Positions 23,834 to 35,697 of a stretch of DNA of 46,143 nucleotides are shown here, in pieces. Position 1 is the stretch's first letter. Every line of letters starts with the position of its first letter. Where the stretch lies: NCBI GenBank assembly GCA_008632985.1, contig QPGO01000225.1:62001-108143 (forward strand). The letters run 5' to 3'. The DNA is from Psammoneis japonica (Eukaryota). Below the pieces are notes generated by a model. That model was not told the DNA's origin and did not search any database. It worked only from the letters and a program-made list of their open reading frames with translations. A program made the position numbers and the translations under genes.

Positions 23834-25598
23834 ACGTAGGTAGCTCTTTATAAACTGTGTAGGAAATGTACCAGGGTTTGTGTAGAATTTGATAACGACA
23901 CAATTCCATTTTGATAGCGACAAGTAGAAACCTACATGGTTTTCCAGTTCAAATTTGATAGCGACGCCACAGACGGAATCATTGTCAACGTCCCAATCAC
24001 CGCATTATTATAGGTTTTCGATCATAGGGAATTCCTTATTTGGCGCTGAATTTCCTAGACAAGGAAATATAAGAAATAAGAAAAGGAAAAAATAATTAGT
24101 GATTCAATGCGTGGTTGCAACCGTCATGAACCTTTCATCTAGAAGTTGATTTGCACAGAGCCTGTGGCTGCCAAAACACCTCTTTTTGTGCAATGCACTC
24201 AATGAGTGAGGCAGACACCATTGGGAGGCACTTTCTCAAGGACAAAAAGATGTGCTTCCATGGTCTCTTCAAGTGTGATCTGCTCCAAGCAAGCCAACAA
24301 AAGCTCAAATTGGTGTGGCAAATCTGGTGCACATTGTGCAACAAAACAAAAGAGGAAAGCCTCTTTGTTTTCTTCATTTAACAAGCCAATGAGAGGGAAA
24401 TCAAGATGTGAGCATGAGCGAGGTTTTGGGCCATGGGGGGCTCATCTCTCAGCAGCCCCAAAATTTCCTCGGATGAAAGGAAAATTTCCCGCACTTGTTT
24501 GGTGCCAGTTGTGACCAACACAGTCCTTTCATCTTGCAGCCAACATTGTGCTCCACTCATCTCTGTTGGATGGCCAGCACAGAGCACAGCTGCTGCAGCA
24601 CTTCAAGCAGCCTGCCACTGTGAGGGGGGCAGATGGCTCCTTTCCTTTTGCAATCATTTTTTCATGCAGAGCTGGCAGAAATGCCATTTGACTGCAGTGG
24701 CACAGCTGCGTGATGTGGCCCAATGCCAACATCATGAGAGGAGGCCAGCACCCACTGTGCTGGCGGTGGCTGGCTGGCTGGGCTGTGCCTCGCAGCTGGT
24801 CTTGCCAGCACAGCACCACAAACAAGCACATTTCCTTTGACACCAAACCACAGGAAAATGCACTCTTGATTGCTTGTCTCTTGTGTTGCAGCAGGCAGAT
24901 CCTTTCCTTTTGCACAGCCATTTTTCACAGAGAGCTGGCTGCTGGATTGCCGAGCAACCTTGGCGCTGCTGCTCACAGGCACAGTGTGACAGCAGAACCT
25001 GACACCTGATTGCTGAAAGTCAGCCTTCAATCTGTCTGGTGCAAACTCAAATTGAAGTGCACAAGCTGTGAGAGCTGAGAGCCTGAGTCTTGTGGCAAAA
25101 CCGCGCAAAGGGCCTTTGTGTTTGCCCTGCTTGCTTGGGTTTTTTCCTGCTGTGCCTCTCTTTTCGCTGGTGCACTTGCCAAAGAGAAACAGCACAGCAT
25201 GCTGATCATCAGCAATTTTGGCAGGAAAGGTTTGGCAGCAAAAACAGAACATTGGCTGTTGCTGTGCAAGTTGTGAAAATGTGCAGTCTGGGCAGCGGCA
25301 CAGCTGCAGGAAGGAGCTTTTGTTGTTCATTTTTGGGTTTTCTCTTGTGTCTCTTGCAATTGACAAACTTGTCACAGCAAAATGTGGATGTCATGCATTG
25401 ACATTTTTGGCAGGAAAAGGTTTGGTGGTAAGATCAAACATCGGTTGTTGCCGCATCATGGTTGGTTTGTTTTTGTCGCAGCAGCATGAATGTCGTGAAA
25501 CGTCTGTCCATCGTACGTGCGAATTGAACGTATGGCGTTTTCTCCTCCCCCTCCTCCTTTTCCTCTCTTTTTTTTCATAAACTCGGAGCTACCTACGT
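23834..25598. mobile_element. putative non-autonomous DNA element bounded by a 13-bp perfect inverted repeat
   Basis: acgtaggtagctc (23834-23846) is the reverse complement of gagctacctacgt (25586-25598). It can be read as a 9-bp TIR plus an ACGT target duplication, or as a TA duplication. Confidence 0.35.
24130..25440. other. small CpG/TpA-depleted hypermutated block C
   Basis: Same TG/CA-rich, TA-poor composition, flanked on both sides by short TA/CG-rich sequence. Confidence 0.85.
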
Positions 25599-25821
25599 GA
25601 CCGGACACATGCCCCCGACATGCAAACCTGCCAACTCCCGCGAAATCGAAAATCGTGAGCGGCGGACTCCGTCGGATTTCCTACGGGCTTCTCCGGCACA
25701 GTTTCTACGCATTCACGAATGGGCCAGAAGCAACAAGTCACCACACAATTTCAAGTTTTGCTTGCATTGAATCAAACACTGTTATTACCAATCTATCTTT
25801 ATTGATACCACTACCCCCATT

Positions 25822-27492
25822 ATGATTGCATATATTGCACTACTCATTCTCTTTATGAACCTCCTGCTACGCATATTTCACGGTAAGCAGAACCATGGCC
25901 GAATCGTCAGCGGTTTTCTTTGGGAACTTTGGATATTCTCGTGCGTTGCAATGGACGGGATCCGCTGCATGATTGAAGAACTGGCGTCCTTCATTGTAGG
26001 AGTCTGTACAGCTCTCCTCGCTTTATATGCTGTGTTGTTCGTATACTCCTCGTTGAAGTCGGTTGTCTATTTTCTGTACCGCCGAATTATGGAAATTGAC
26101 GACCTGACGACTCTTTTTTGGAATCGAGCGTGCGATGCTGTTGCGGCTGCTCTCGCGGTTGCTGTGGTTGTATGGACCGTGTATTGGTTCTTCTACTTCG
26201 TCTACATTGCTTTTCAATTTGTGATCCTTTGGGTACTCTTCTGGAAACGCAAATGCTTTGGTCGCGGGCGTGTCAGATGGAGACCTGCAGGACTGGAGAA
26301 CCTGTACGGTGTCGTTCACGATCGTCCCGTCCGAACCGGCGTGGCTGCTCCAAAAGTTCTTCGATATCCAAAGTATACAACCAAGATTCCAGTGCTATTG
26401 GATCAGAGGTTGGACTTTGCATTGAGACGAATCGACAAGGAGCAAGACAAGCTGGCTCGGCAGTATCGTCAGCCGCATTTAAAGTGGCTGCCGGACGAAG
26501 AACTGGTCAGGAATGTCTTTGTCGGCGACCTTCCCCCAACCCATACCGGCGTGGTTGCTAAACCTGTTCTTCGACGTCCACGTTACACTCGTATTATTCC
26601 CGTCCTGAATGATCAGCAGTTGACTGCGGCACTGCTTGAGTTTGACTCGAAACAAAACCTGTATATTCGTGAATATCAAACTCACCCAATATATGATCAC
26701 TGGCGGGGCTGGGTACGGACTGCAGTGGCGATTGAACCGGCTGATGCTATGGATAACAATCCTATTGCGGCGGCAGAAGTAGTTCCTGCTGCTGCTGCTG
26801 CTGCTGCTGCTGAAGAGACTTGGGATGCCTTGAACGAGCCTGCTGTGGCTGTTGACGACGCTGCAGTCGATGCGGAGGTGGGCGTTCCCGGTGCTGACGT
26901 TGAGGAACCTGCTGTGGCTATTGACGATGCTCCAGTCAATGCAGAGGTGGGCGTTCCCGGTGCTGACGTTGAGGAACCTGCTGTGGCTATTGACGATGCT
27001 CCAGTCGATGCAGAGGTGGGCGTTCCTGTTGCTGATGCTGAGGAACCTGCTATGGCTATTGACGATGCTCCAGTCGATGCGGAGGTCGGCGTTCCTGTTG
27101 CTGATGCTGAGGAACCTGCTATGGCTATTGGCAATGCTCCAGTCGATGCGGGGGTGGGCGTTCCCGGTGCTGACGTTGAGGAACCTGCTGTTGCTGACGC
27201 CACGGACGATCATGCGATTGCTACACAAGACGACGAGGAAGTCGTTCTTGGAGTTGTAGCGGAGGAGCCTGACGATACATTCGACATTCAGGATATGGCT
27301 GCTGACAACAATCCAGTGACAGAGGAGGATGTTGTTCCTGATGCTGTACTTGTGAGAAACAAGGAAAAGAAAGCCCACACTGTCCCATTGAGACGCTCGC
27401 CTAGGCTCCGTCAAGCCACTGGCAGTGTCTTTCTTTCGTCGAATACCGGGCGTGTCGTGCGTAGATCCGCAAGGATCATGAGTCGCCGCTAG
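25822..27492 (+). CDS. orphan 556-aa protein: N-terminal multi-pass hydrophobic region, two ~45-aa repeats, acidic 23-aa tandem repeats, C-terminal RRSPRL/RRSARI basic tail
   Basis: Uninterrupted ATG-TAG ORF of normal composition with 3-4 hydrophobic helices. PVRTGVAAPKVLRYPKYTTKIPVLLDQ is paralleled by PTHTGVVAKPVLRRPRYTRIIPVLNDQ. Confidence 0.75.
   Translation: MIAYIALLILFMNLLLRIFHGKQNHGRIVSGFLWELWIFSCVAMDGIRCMIEELASFIVGVCTALLALYAVLFVYSSLKSVVYFLYRRIMEIDDLTTLFWNRACDAVAAALAVAVVVWTVYWFFYFVYIAFQFVILWVLFWKRKCFGRGRVRWRPAGLENLYGVVHDRPVRTGVAAPKVLRYPKYTTKIPVLLDQRLDFALRRIDKEQDKLARQYRQPHLKWLPDEELVRNVFVGDLPPTHTGVVAKPVLRRPRYTRIIPVLNDQQLTAALLEFDSKQNLYIREYQTHPIYDHWRGWVRTAVAIEPADAMDNNPIAAAEVVPAAAAAAAAEETWDALNEPAVAVDDAAVDAEVGVPGADVEEPAVAIDDAPVNAEVGVPGADVEEPAVAIDDAPVDAEVGVPVADAEEPAMAIDDAPVDAEVGVPVADAEEPAMAIGNAPVDAGVGVPGADVEEPAVADATDDHAIATQDDEEVVLGVVAEEPDDTFDIQDMAADNNPVTEEDVVPDAVLVRNKEKKAHTVPLRRSPRLRQATGSVFLSSNTGRVVRRSARIMSRR
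26836..27195 (+). repeat. coding minisatellite, 69-bp unit (EPAVAIDDAPVDAEVGVPGADVE) x5 plus a partial unit
   Basis: Units start at 26836, 26905, 26974, 27043, 27112 and 27181. Confidence 0.95.
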
Positions 27493-28248
27493 ATTCATTA
27501 ACTGCTTCTTTTGTACCCTTGGAAATCGAGCATGCACGGGGGCATCTCTCGATTCCATTTTACGGTACAATGCAGCTTTGATGCGCATCAAAGACTCGCC
27601 AACATTGCACGACTTTGTCGTGCAATTCATAATACCATGGGGTGCGCTCGTTGTGTCACGTTACATTCGATTGCACCCCCAATGTAAGTCAATTTCGTGC
27701 CTCCTTTCCCTTTTCATGCGAGACTTGTTTACTGACCTTGTTTTTTGTTTTCATTTCACAACATAGAAATATGCCCTTTACCCGGTTCGACCACCCGACT
27801 TGAAACGATATGTACGACAGACAGTCCTTGTTGAACTACTAAGGTTCAAGTAACCGTGGGTCCCGCCCCGCAACTTACGTTTTTTCAAACAAAATGTGTA
27901 CCAGGCATGATTGGTCTTTCAACATCAAGAATACTCTGTTCGTATCTGCTCCTATAACTTTGAATGTCGGATGCGGAGAAATACGAATTAAAATACGGTA
28001 GTAGTGACAAAACGGAATCGGACGTCAAAGGATAGCGGCTCCATTGTTGCTACGTATTCCGTGGCGTCTAGTAATATTAGTAGGACCGGGGTTTAACTGT
28101 GTAGTGGTACTTTAATTTTGTATTCCCGTCCTGTGTCGTCAGATATTGTGTAAAGCTTGCGTACGAAGTAATTCTATGTTGCCATGAAAAATTACTACAC
28201 GAAGGAAATCAGACGTATTTCCGTGTTCTCATAGGTCCAACACGGTAG

Positions 28249-28908
28249 CTACAAGCATTTTCGAATCATGGCCAGAGCCATGTCTTCTTGCACCTTGATG
28301 TCAATGCTGCCGCCAGTATCCTGGTCACCGCTACTTGATGACGACGACGACGATTCTGAATCGCTCTCTTCGTCGCTGCTGCTGCTGCTGCTACTACTAG
28401 AAGACACCTCGTCGTCACTATGTCCACCAAGAGTCACCATCATGCCAGTATCCTACTGCTGCTCATCCAAAGCACCCTTTGCTTTGATTCGTTTCTGTTT
28501 GTGCATTTCCCGTACTCGCTCGTTTTCCTGTCGACGATCCTGCTTCATATTATCCTCCAACCGCTGACGCACCTTGTCGACATAAGCATCCGCCAATGAG
28601 TCCCGTTCCTCATGCATAGTGTCCGTATTTTTCAAAGAAAGCATGGTAGGATCCTGTTCCTGCCCATCGTCATCAAAGACGATTCGAGTATTCTTGATAT
28701 CTGAGCCTCCATCGACCTTGATTCTCGTGGCCTTTCGAGATTTGTTAACTTCATGAATGCCACCCTCGGTTGCGTCTACCGGTACATCCTCATGGCTCCA
28801 CTCGTGCCGTTGCTTTACAACCAACAGGTCGTCCTCTTCTTTTTCCTCCTTGTTTGTGCTTTCCAGCGGACGCTTCTTGTAGTGGAGCTTAGCAATCTTT
28901 TTCGCCAA
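28249..28908 (-). pseudogene. C-terminal fragment of a DBP4/DDX10-like DEAD-box helicase with an in-frame stop
   Basis: EDDLLVVK, NTRIVFDDDG, DRRQENERVREMHKQKRIK, an acidic Ser tract and QEDMALAMIR. ORFs 28453-28908 and 28249-28443 are in the same frame, separated by one TAG. No helicase core is seen upstream. Confidence 0.6.
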
Positions 28909-30797
28909 CTTTTCCGCAAGCTGATATAACAGTAATCTGCATTATTCTCACTTCGATTCCACGCTGTCAATGTGTCGGCGAGAGAATCGATCCATCAAAT
29001 AATGTGAAACCAAAAGAAAGCGACGGCTTAGGGAAATGACTGTACGAAGAAAATCATTTTTGGGCCTCATCAACAGCATGAGAAGGAGCGTGCAATTCAT
29101 TCCTTTCCATCTTGGAGTGCTGTAGCTTTTACTTGTACGCTACAACACATCACGAATCTCTTCATTTGCGCTCAAGAGATCACTGAGAAGGATTTTTTCA
29201 GTAAGCAAGAGACTATTGGCTGGATCTAAACGCTCATAGCTCGTCCATCGGATGTCATTGTTCATCATGTCTTTTTATGCCTTCTTCGTCTTTGAATCAT
29301 TATTCTGCAACCCGGGCAATTTATATGTATGGAGATTAATGTGGTATAATAATGTATAATATAAGGCAATAAACTGTATATAACTAATACCTTCCTCAGT
29401 CAACTAAGAGTATATTAATTATATTCTATTCGCCGAATAACATATAAAAAAGCATTTGATTAGTTTGACTGAAAAAAATCATGATGTACCCCCTTTGGAA
29501 AATTTCAGTCCATCTAATCAAATGAAATTTATGTGTTTCAACATTTATTTTTAAATATTAATAAAGGGAGCGCGCATGTTTTCAAACATTAAAAAAGCTT
29601 CAACATTATATAATTTAGATTAAACAGTATTTCCGAACACACGCCTACATATGATACAACCACGTCAGACTGCAAGTCGCCGACGCCATGGCGAACGTTG
29701 CGTTGGGAGGCTTGTTTCCGTCAACTAACAACAACGGAACGCTATGGTATGGAGCGACTGACTGTGAAGCACTGTGCATTGAGGCCCGGGTATCAACGGA
29801 TATTATAGTACAACCATATTGCGGTGGAAAAAGGGAGTGGGAGGTTCTATGGATTGTGATGCTTTACCGTATGCGTTTGCTTTGTTTGCAGTTTCTCTTC
29901 ATCCTCCGACGAATCTGGACTGAGTGTGAGCTATTATTCTTACCGTTACGCTACGATTTTTTGGAGCATGGGAACTTCACAAAAGAGAAGTACAAGGAAC
30001 AATACCGAAAAACGGCTATATGAACTTACAGAGTGATAGGGTACTATCCCGCCGCTCTAGAGAGTACTATCTATCTAGCTAGAGGGCCTAGAGCTAGCTA
30101 GAGAGGGCCCTCTAGCATAGCTTAGCTAGCCCTGCAGGAGACCCGAGAATCCTTCGTCTACTCGAAGCTAGAAAGAAGCTAGAAAGAGAATCATCCAAGA
30201 AGTGCCGTAGAGAAATCGACGAGACGTGAAGAACTCTAACGTATTGACTCCTACAAACAGCGCGAGATGTTGGACTACCGGGTACGGCATGTATGATCTC
30301 CTTCGGCTTGGAAACGAGTGCGGTGCTTTCCGATTGATTTGATTCTTTAGAGAAGGACGTTCCTTTACAAATAACTAAAGAGATTGGGTGAACAAGGCCT
30401 GTTTCGCAAAAACCGGAGGATTTGGAGAGGTAACGACAATTCTCTACAAGTGACATGCTTCGATACCCCCTTCCCTTTAACTTCAATTTGCCCACTCGAT
30501 CAACAAGATTCCATGTTTGAGGTAAGATGCAGAGGCGGTGACGGTATCAAGGACGACGCCCTACCAGGTACTATTTGACTTCGCTGTAGAGACGCCGCCA
30601 CGAGTAATAGCGCCGTATTTCCGAGTAACTCGTTGCCTGAGGGAAGCGATTTGGAGAAGCGCTGAGTGCCCACTCCACATCCTTGGTATCCAACCACTTA
30701 TCCTCTGTACTTAGCACGGGGTTCCCTGGGATTTCTCGCAATGCACGTCATCTTCTTTGTTGCGTCGTGCCGTGCCCTGATTGGAAAGGAATCTAGT

Positions 30798-30863
30798 TTC
30801 GAAGCAAGTTGATGCTATGTCGTAGCAGTTTTCGAAGCAAGTTGATGCTATGTCGTAGCAGTT
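30798..30863. repeat. perfect 33-bp tandem duplication
   Basis: ttcgaagcaagttgatgctatgtcgtagcagtt x2 (30798-30830, 30831-30863). Confidence 0.95.
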
Positions 30864-30869
30864 CCGACG

Positions 30870-32617
30870 TCGTTGTCAACGCTGCTTTGATCACTCATGT
30901 TGAATCCTAACTTGAATGCCAGCAAGTACAGACAAGCTCCGGCAATGATACCATACTCGACCCCCAACACCTGGATCAAACCAGGTACCAAGGCATGTAA
31001 TGTAGCTCGCACTCGTGAATTTTGATCGAACGTCCCATAGCCATTCGTGCATTAGATCAATGCAAATCATGATCAAGAGACTTCCAAAAAAGAAGTTGGG
31101 AACAAACGACAAAACCGAGAAGGGGAGAACAAAGACAATCAATTCGCAGCCGGCGATAACGAAACCAGCTAATCTTGAAGTGATTCCCGCACAAAGAGAA
31201 AAGATGCTTTGACTAAGAATGTAGCTTCCAGTATACCCGGCCGCCAGTCCTAAACCAAATTGCTCGTTCCCACCATTTGCAGTTCCCGATTGTAGTCTAG
31301 CGGCTGCTTCTTGAGTTCCAATCCAATCGCCGCAACATCCAAGCTACTAGAAATAGCAACGACAAAATTCATGCTGCACAACGTAAGTGCTTGTTGTGGC
31401 AAGGCTGACCAAACAGCCTTGTTCAACCGGACATAGTCCCAAGTATAATACCACAAATGCGTGATCCATCCCAGTTCTGTAGCTTGAGCTATGGATGTGT
31501 TTGTTATCCAAAGACTGGCATAGAACAACATCAGAATAAAGAGGATGCATCTAGGCAACACCGCCATATGTTGCAGTGATCTGACAAGCACGTAAATCAA
31601 CAACCCCCCAGCAACACCCGGCAACCAAAACATCCACTGTGACTCAAAAAGAGAATCAGCATTCGTGTCGTCGATATCAATGCACATGAGCTTGAAAGCA
31701 GATAGTCCGCAGAACCAGCCAATAAATGCGAGGTATCCTCCCACCACGGGTGTAGGTAAGGCTTGAACCCACTGCGCGAGTTGTGCTTTGCCAATCAGAA
31801 TTAGACCGCATCCCAACAATGCAGTAGAAAGCCCCAACCCAACCGTGATGGTTGCCAGCATTTCGTCGTCAGCGTAAATATTATTCTTACAGATAGCCAT
31901 GGTCCGAGCCATTTGTGACAAAAAGATAAGACCTGCATCGTGCACTTGTTCCACGGCAAAAGGCAAAGTCGACAGAGACGAAAAACAAACTTGATGAACC
32001 ATGCCCGATACTATTGTGAGCTTGATCAAACTTGACATGTACGGAGCAAAGAACGGGATCGCAATAAATAATGCTCCCAAACGACATGAGGACGGGTACA
32101 TACGGTAGTACAATGCTGGTGTTGATGAGTCCGTAGAGTATGGAAACCCAAATTGGATTCGGCTCTTTTCGCTTGAAAACATTGTTTTCGTCAGCATCGC
32201 TCTGTTTCTGTTGAGAAAAAGGCACAGGATCGGTCGTTATGGTGTCATGATTGTCCTTTTATTCCCCAAGCAGTTTCGCAGACTCCTCCACTGCATTCAG
32301 CATCGTCGGCAACGTCAGGGTCTGCAGAGAGAAATGCGGAGCGGTCCGATTGTCCAAGTTCGTGATTACTTGGAAAGAGCAGTGAAGGCGATAGTGTTGA
32401 CAGTATGTTACCAAGGGATCTGGACCTTATGCGACGTAACGGATACTGCTGAGATGATGGTTGACTTGTGGAGATGTTTCAACGGTCGACATGTACCTGA
32501 TGGGCATAGCAAGGGCGACACAGAATCCATCGATTCTTCACTGAGACATTCCACCGCTTGAAAGAGATGTTCATCATCCTCGTTCTGCGCAGCATTCGGA
32601 GCACGCTCTTGACTCAT
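30870..32617 (-). pseudogene. SulP/SLC26 sulfate-anion transporter family gene, disrupted
   Basis: SILYGLINTSIVLP..LMSFGSIIY, VQALPTPVVGGYLAFIGWFCG, VVAISSSLDVAAI, LDYNRELQMVGTSNLV* and SFVPNFFFGSLLIMICIDLMHEWLW. Several frameshifts, a stop codon and a truncated C-terminus. Confidence 0.8.
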
Positions 32618-32888
32618 GTTGTTGACGGCCCGACAGGGAAAAAAAGAGAATAGCGGACGAATGATTTGGCCAATCTGTACTCTAGCCTTTTGAAGTTGTT
32701 ACGAAATGAAAGCCATTGACGACACTCTCTAGAGTAGGGTGCGACTAAGAGCTAAGAGTACTCACTGTCATACCTCTGCAGACCGCGATATGATGCCGCG
32801 AAAAAAATTGCAGGCGAAACGCACTCCTGTCGGTCCCTCGCGCCCGCCCCTGCGCCTGCGGCGCAAGTAAGACCCACAGCATCGCCGT

Positions 32889-33052
32889 CTAGAGAGGCGG
32901 CAGCGTTGCCGTTGGAGCCATTCGGTGTTGTGAGTCTTCTTTCAGGTGACAACAACATGAAATGGTTGCCTGCATTTTGCACGATGGTGGAGTGCTTGGG
33001 AAGATCCATGCCAACAGGAACACTCATTTCAAGCTGCAATCAGTCAGAGCGA
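32889..33052. repeat. 164-bp exact copy of 35697-35860, ending at the N at 33053
   Basis: ctagagaggcggcagcg...cagtcagagcga is identical in both places. Confidence 0.95.
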
Positions 33053-33053
33053 N

Positions 33054-35697
33054 TTTCTACGTGGCTTGGTACAAGTGGGTTGAGCAGACAGCTGGCACCG
33101 CACAATCAACCGTTACGATAAGAAAATAGCCGTTACGTAACGGACGTCTCTTCCATAAGTGCAACATTCTTTCGTTGCGAGGTCCTTTATCAAAAATCAC
33201 TTGACACATTTCTCCTCACAAAAAGTTAACGAAATTTGGTTCTCATCACAACCGTTCATGAAAATTCACACAAAGTGTCTAGATGATGTAGACGATTATT
33301 CATTTAAAGCAATTCTTCTTGGTCTTCGTCGTCAGAATCACTATCAGCCGAAGAGTTCTGAAGCTTTGATTTGAGGTCATCGAGATCGCGCCTTTTCTGA
33401 ACGTAAATAGAGTCGAGATATTCTTTTGTAACGTTCCGCTCTTTAAGCTCCTTCTTCTTTACTTCAATGCTCTTCCCTAACAAACCGGCGTTTGGACAAA
33501 CCAGCCGAATCAAGATCTTCAGCTCATCTCCCTTCAACGTCTCGTACTCACCGTACTGAGGCGTACTGGAGCGAAGTGCATCAAACTCGTCGAGCGCTTT
33601 CGATTGCTTGGCGATGTCAGCCTTCAGTTTCGTTTGCTCTGCCTCTCCCATCTTGGCATGCAGGCGTTTGTTGACACCTCGATCGTTTGGTTGCGTCCAG
33701 ATGGATGTGTGAGATGGTAGAAAAAAACAATAGACGTTGTGATCCCAGAAATACTTGAGAGCGGCGTAGCACCAACGCGAGGCGTGTCCGTCGAGCAGCA
33801 GTATCGTGGCGTTCCTCATTCGTTCCTCGTCTGTCGCGTAACTTGTTTTTCCTTGACCCTTGGGAAGGTTCTTGCAGTGATGAATGGCAAAGTCGAGCAT
33901 TGTATCTTTTTCCATACTTCCGTTTGTGGTTGTCCGGACATCAAAGCCGTACGGGTTGTCGCTGAACTTGGCGTTGGGGTTTGGATTTGCTGGGGCGAGG
34001 CCGTCAAGATACATTTCACCAACAGTAGTCTCGTCTTCTGGAGTATTAATGCGGTTGGAATCATTGGTCTTCTTCTTGGATTTGGAGGCATGTACAAGGA
34101 ACGGCGGCGGGGCACCTTCAATTTCTTGGCACGGAATTGCGTTGACGCCTGCGGAGGCGGACGGGCACAAGGTAAGTACATTCAACAATTATCCAGAGCA
34201 AGGTAGTAACAACAAATAAAGTAGCACCCCTTTACTTACCATCTGCTCTAGAAGTGATACACATAGTAAGATGATGGCTCATCTTGCCGTCGCCCTCGGG
34301 AGTCCTCTGAAAAATACGTAACTTCTTCATGACCTCCTTGAAGACTAGCACTTTCTTGCGGCGTTTCGTAGTATCCATTGCAACTTCATCCATGTTGTAT
34401 TTTCTAAAAGCCTCAAGCTTCTCAATGCAATCAACATCAATTTTACCTGTAGCATGGAGATGCTTCACAAAAGACTGCAACTTTGCAAAATATGCGTCCC
34501 GAACCTCTTTCGTCCCCTGCTCAGCACGAATTGGGTCCAAACTTGAAGCTGAAGCTAGTTTTGCTAGCTTTGGATGGCGTTGGAGCATGGAGTACACAAA
34601 ATAATCAGACACAGATGGTTTTTCACGCTCATCAATGTACTCATTAGCCAAGTCATTCACAATATCAAGAATGGTGTCCTTTGATACTCCGTATCCCATC
34701 TGACCCAACCAGCAGCAAACTTCAACAACATGCTGCTCTTCGTCGTCAGTAAGAATTCTATTCCCCTTGTGCAAGGCAGTGATTGCCTCCTTTGCCTTCT
34801 TATCTTTCGCTCCAAAATAGTTGCAAATGGCTTCTTGTGCTTTCTCCACTGAAGCACTTTCTTGATGAAGACGACGAAGTCCACTTTGTCCCCATGCCCG
34901 ATTCAGGGTGTTGTAACGGGTGCTGTGCTCGGGGTGGACATTCTTGCAGTAATAGCTTAAAGAAACTCCATTGCCGTTTGCATAGAAGTCCATAAGAATA
35001 TGAAACTTCAAAGACTTCTCCACACGTGGGCATTTCGTTCCCTTTGCTCTACCTTTCGCCTTGGCTTTTTCCAAAGGTTTGAATGCATCCGCCGGTGAAG
35101 GAGCAGTGACAGTATCAACACACTGAGGATGAATGTACATGGTGGCAAACACAGATTGCTATTGTAAGACAAGTCTACTTTATGTTGTGGGTGTTTTTGA
35201 AATTTATGTCGAGCTGATTGTTGCATACGGATCATTATAAAATTCAAACCTCATGTAAAATCACTACTGGGATGTACGTCGACAATGACAGAAAAAAATA
35301 GCGCGACAATGCATTGCGCACATACTGCGCATAGTCTCTTGTTATATCGACTCTTACGAATCGAATGGTGTATCAACAGCTCAACAGTATGGACGATAGG
35401 CTCGGAACTAGAGCGCCATGGTCGACGAGTCGGGATGACGGTTTTTGCGTTTTTTTTTCTCGGCGAGAAGTTGAGTGGAGGAGAGATGAGAGATGAGATG
35501 GAGGGATAGATTTTTCTCTCATCTGGAACTCGACGGCAAACTTTACTGTGGCGATTTGTATGCAAATGATTATATCCATTAATAAATCACAACATAAGTT
35601 GGTGGCGTTCTGATCAGAATTTCAGTACTAGAAAAAATACGTACAATTCTACGTGATCACTTCACACCAAATTATCACTTCACAGATGGGAATCCCC
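33054..35697 (-). mobile_element. pogo/Tigger-type (Tc1-mariner superfamily) DNA transposon, one end at a TA site and the other lost at the gap
   Basis: Encodes a DDE_1-type transposase. The element ends ...cacagatgggaatcccc|TA at 35697-35699, with subterminal atcacttcaca x2 (35656-35684). Composition is normal (unmutated). Confidence 0.8.
33304..35140 (-). CDS. pogo-like transposase (CENP-B-type HTH + DDE_1), intron 34149-34239, possible extra 5' exon
   Basis: LTDDEEQHVV..CWLGQMGYG (HTH), YNMDE, LLLDGHASR and FFLPSHTSIWTQPND. Removing the GTAAGT...CCGCAG intron joins SRADG to VNAIP in frame. The region after the third Asp looks short and may carry an internal deletion. Confidence 0.85.

Noticed and set aside
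26836..27195. Regular repeats as a CRISPR array
   Set aside because: Head-to-tail in-frame coding repeats with no unique spacers and no cas genes, in a eukaryotic context.
26479..27630. 383-aa and 168-aa antisense ORFs
   Set aside because: Shadows of the repetitive 556-aa plus-strand ORF.
29688..30023. 111-aa ORF as a gene
   Set aside because: Short, with no recognisable motif or other support.
30683..30695. tggtatc as an iMet primer-binding site
   Set aside because: Only 7 nt match and no gag/pol follows.
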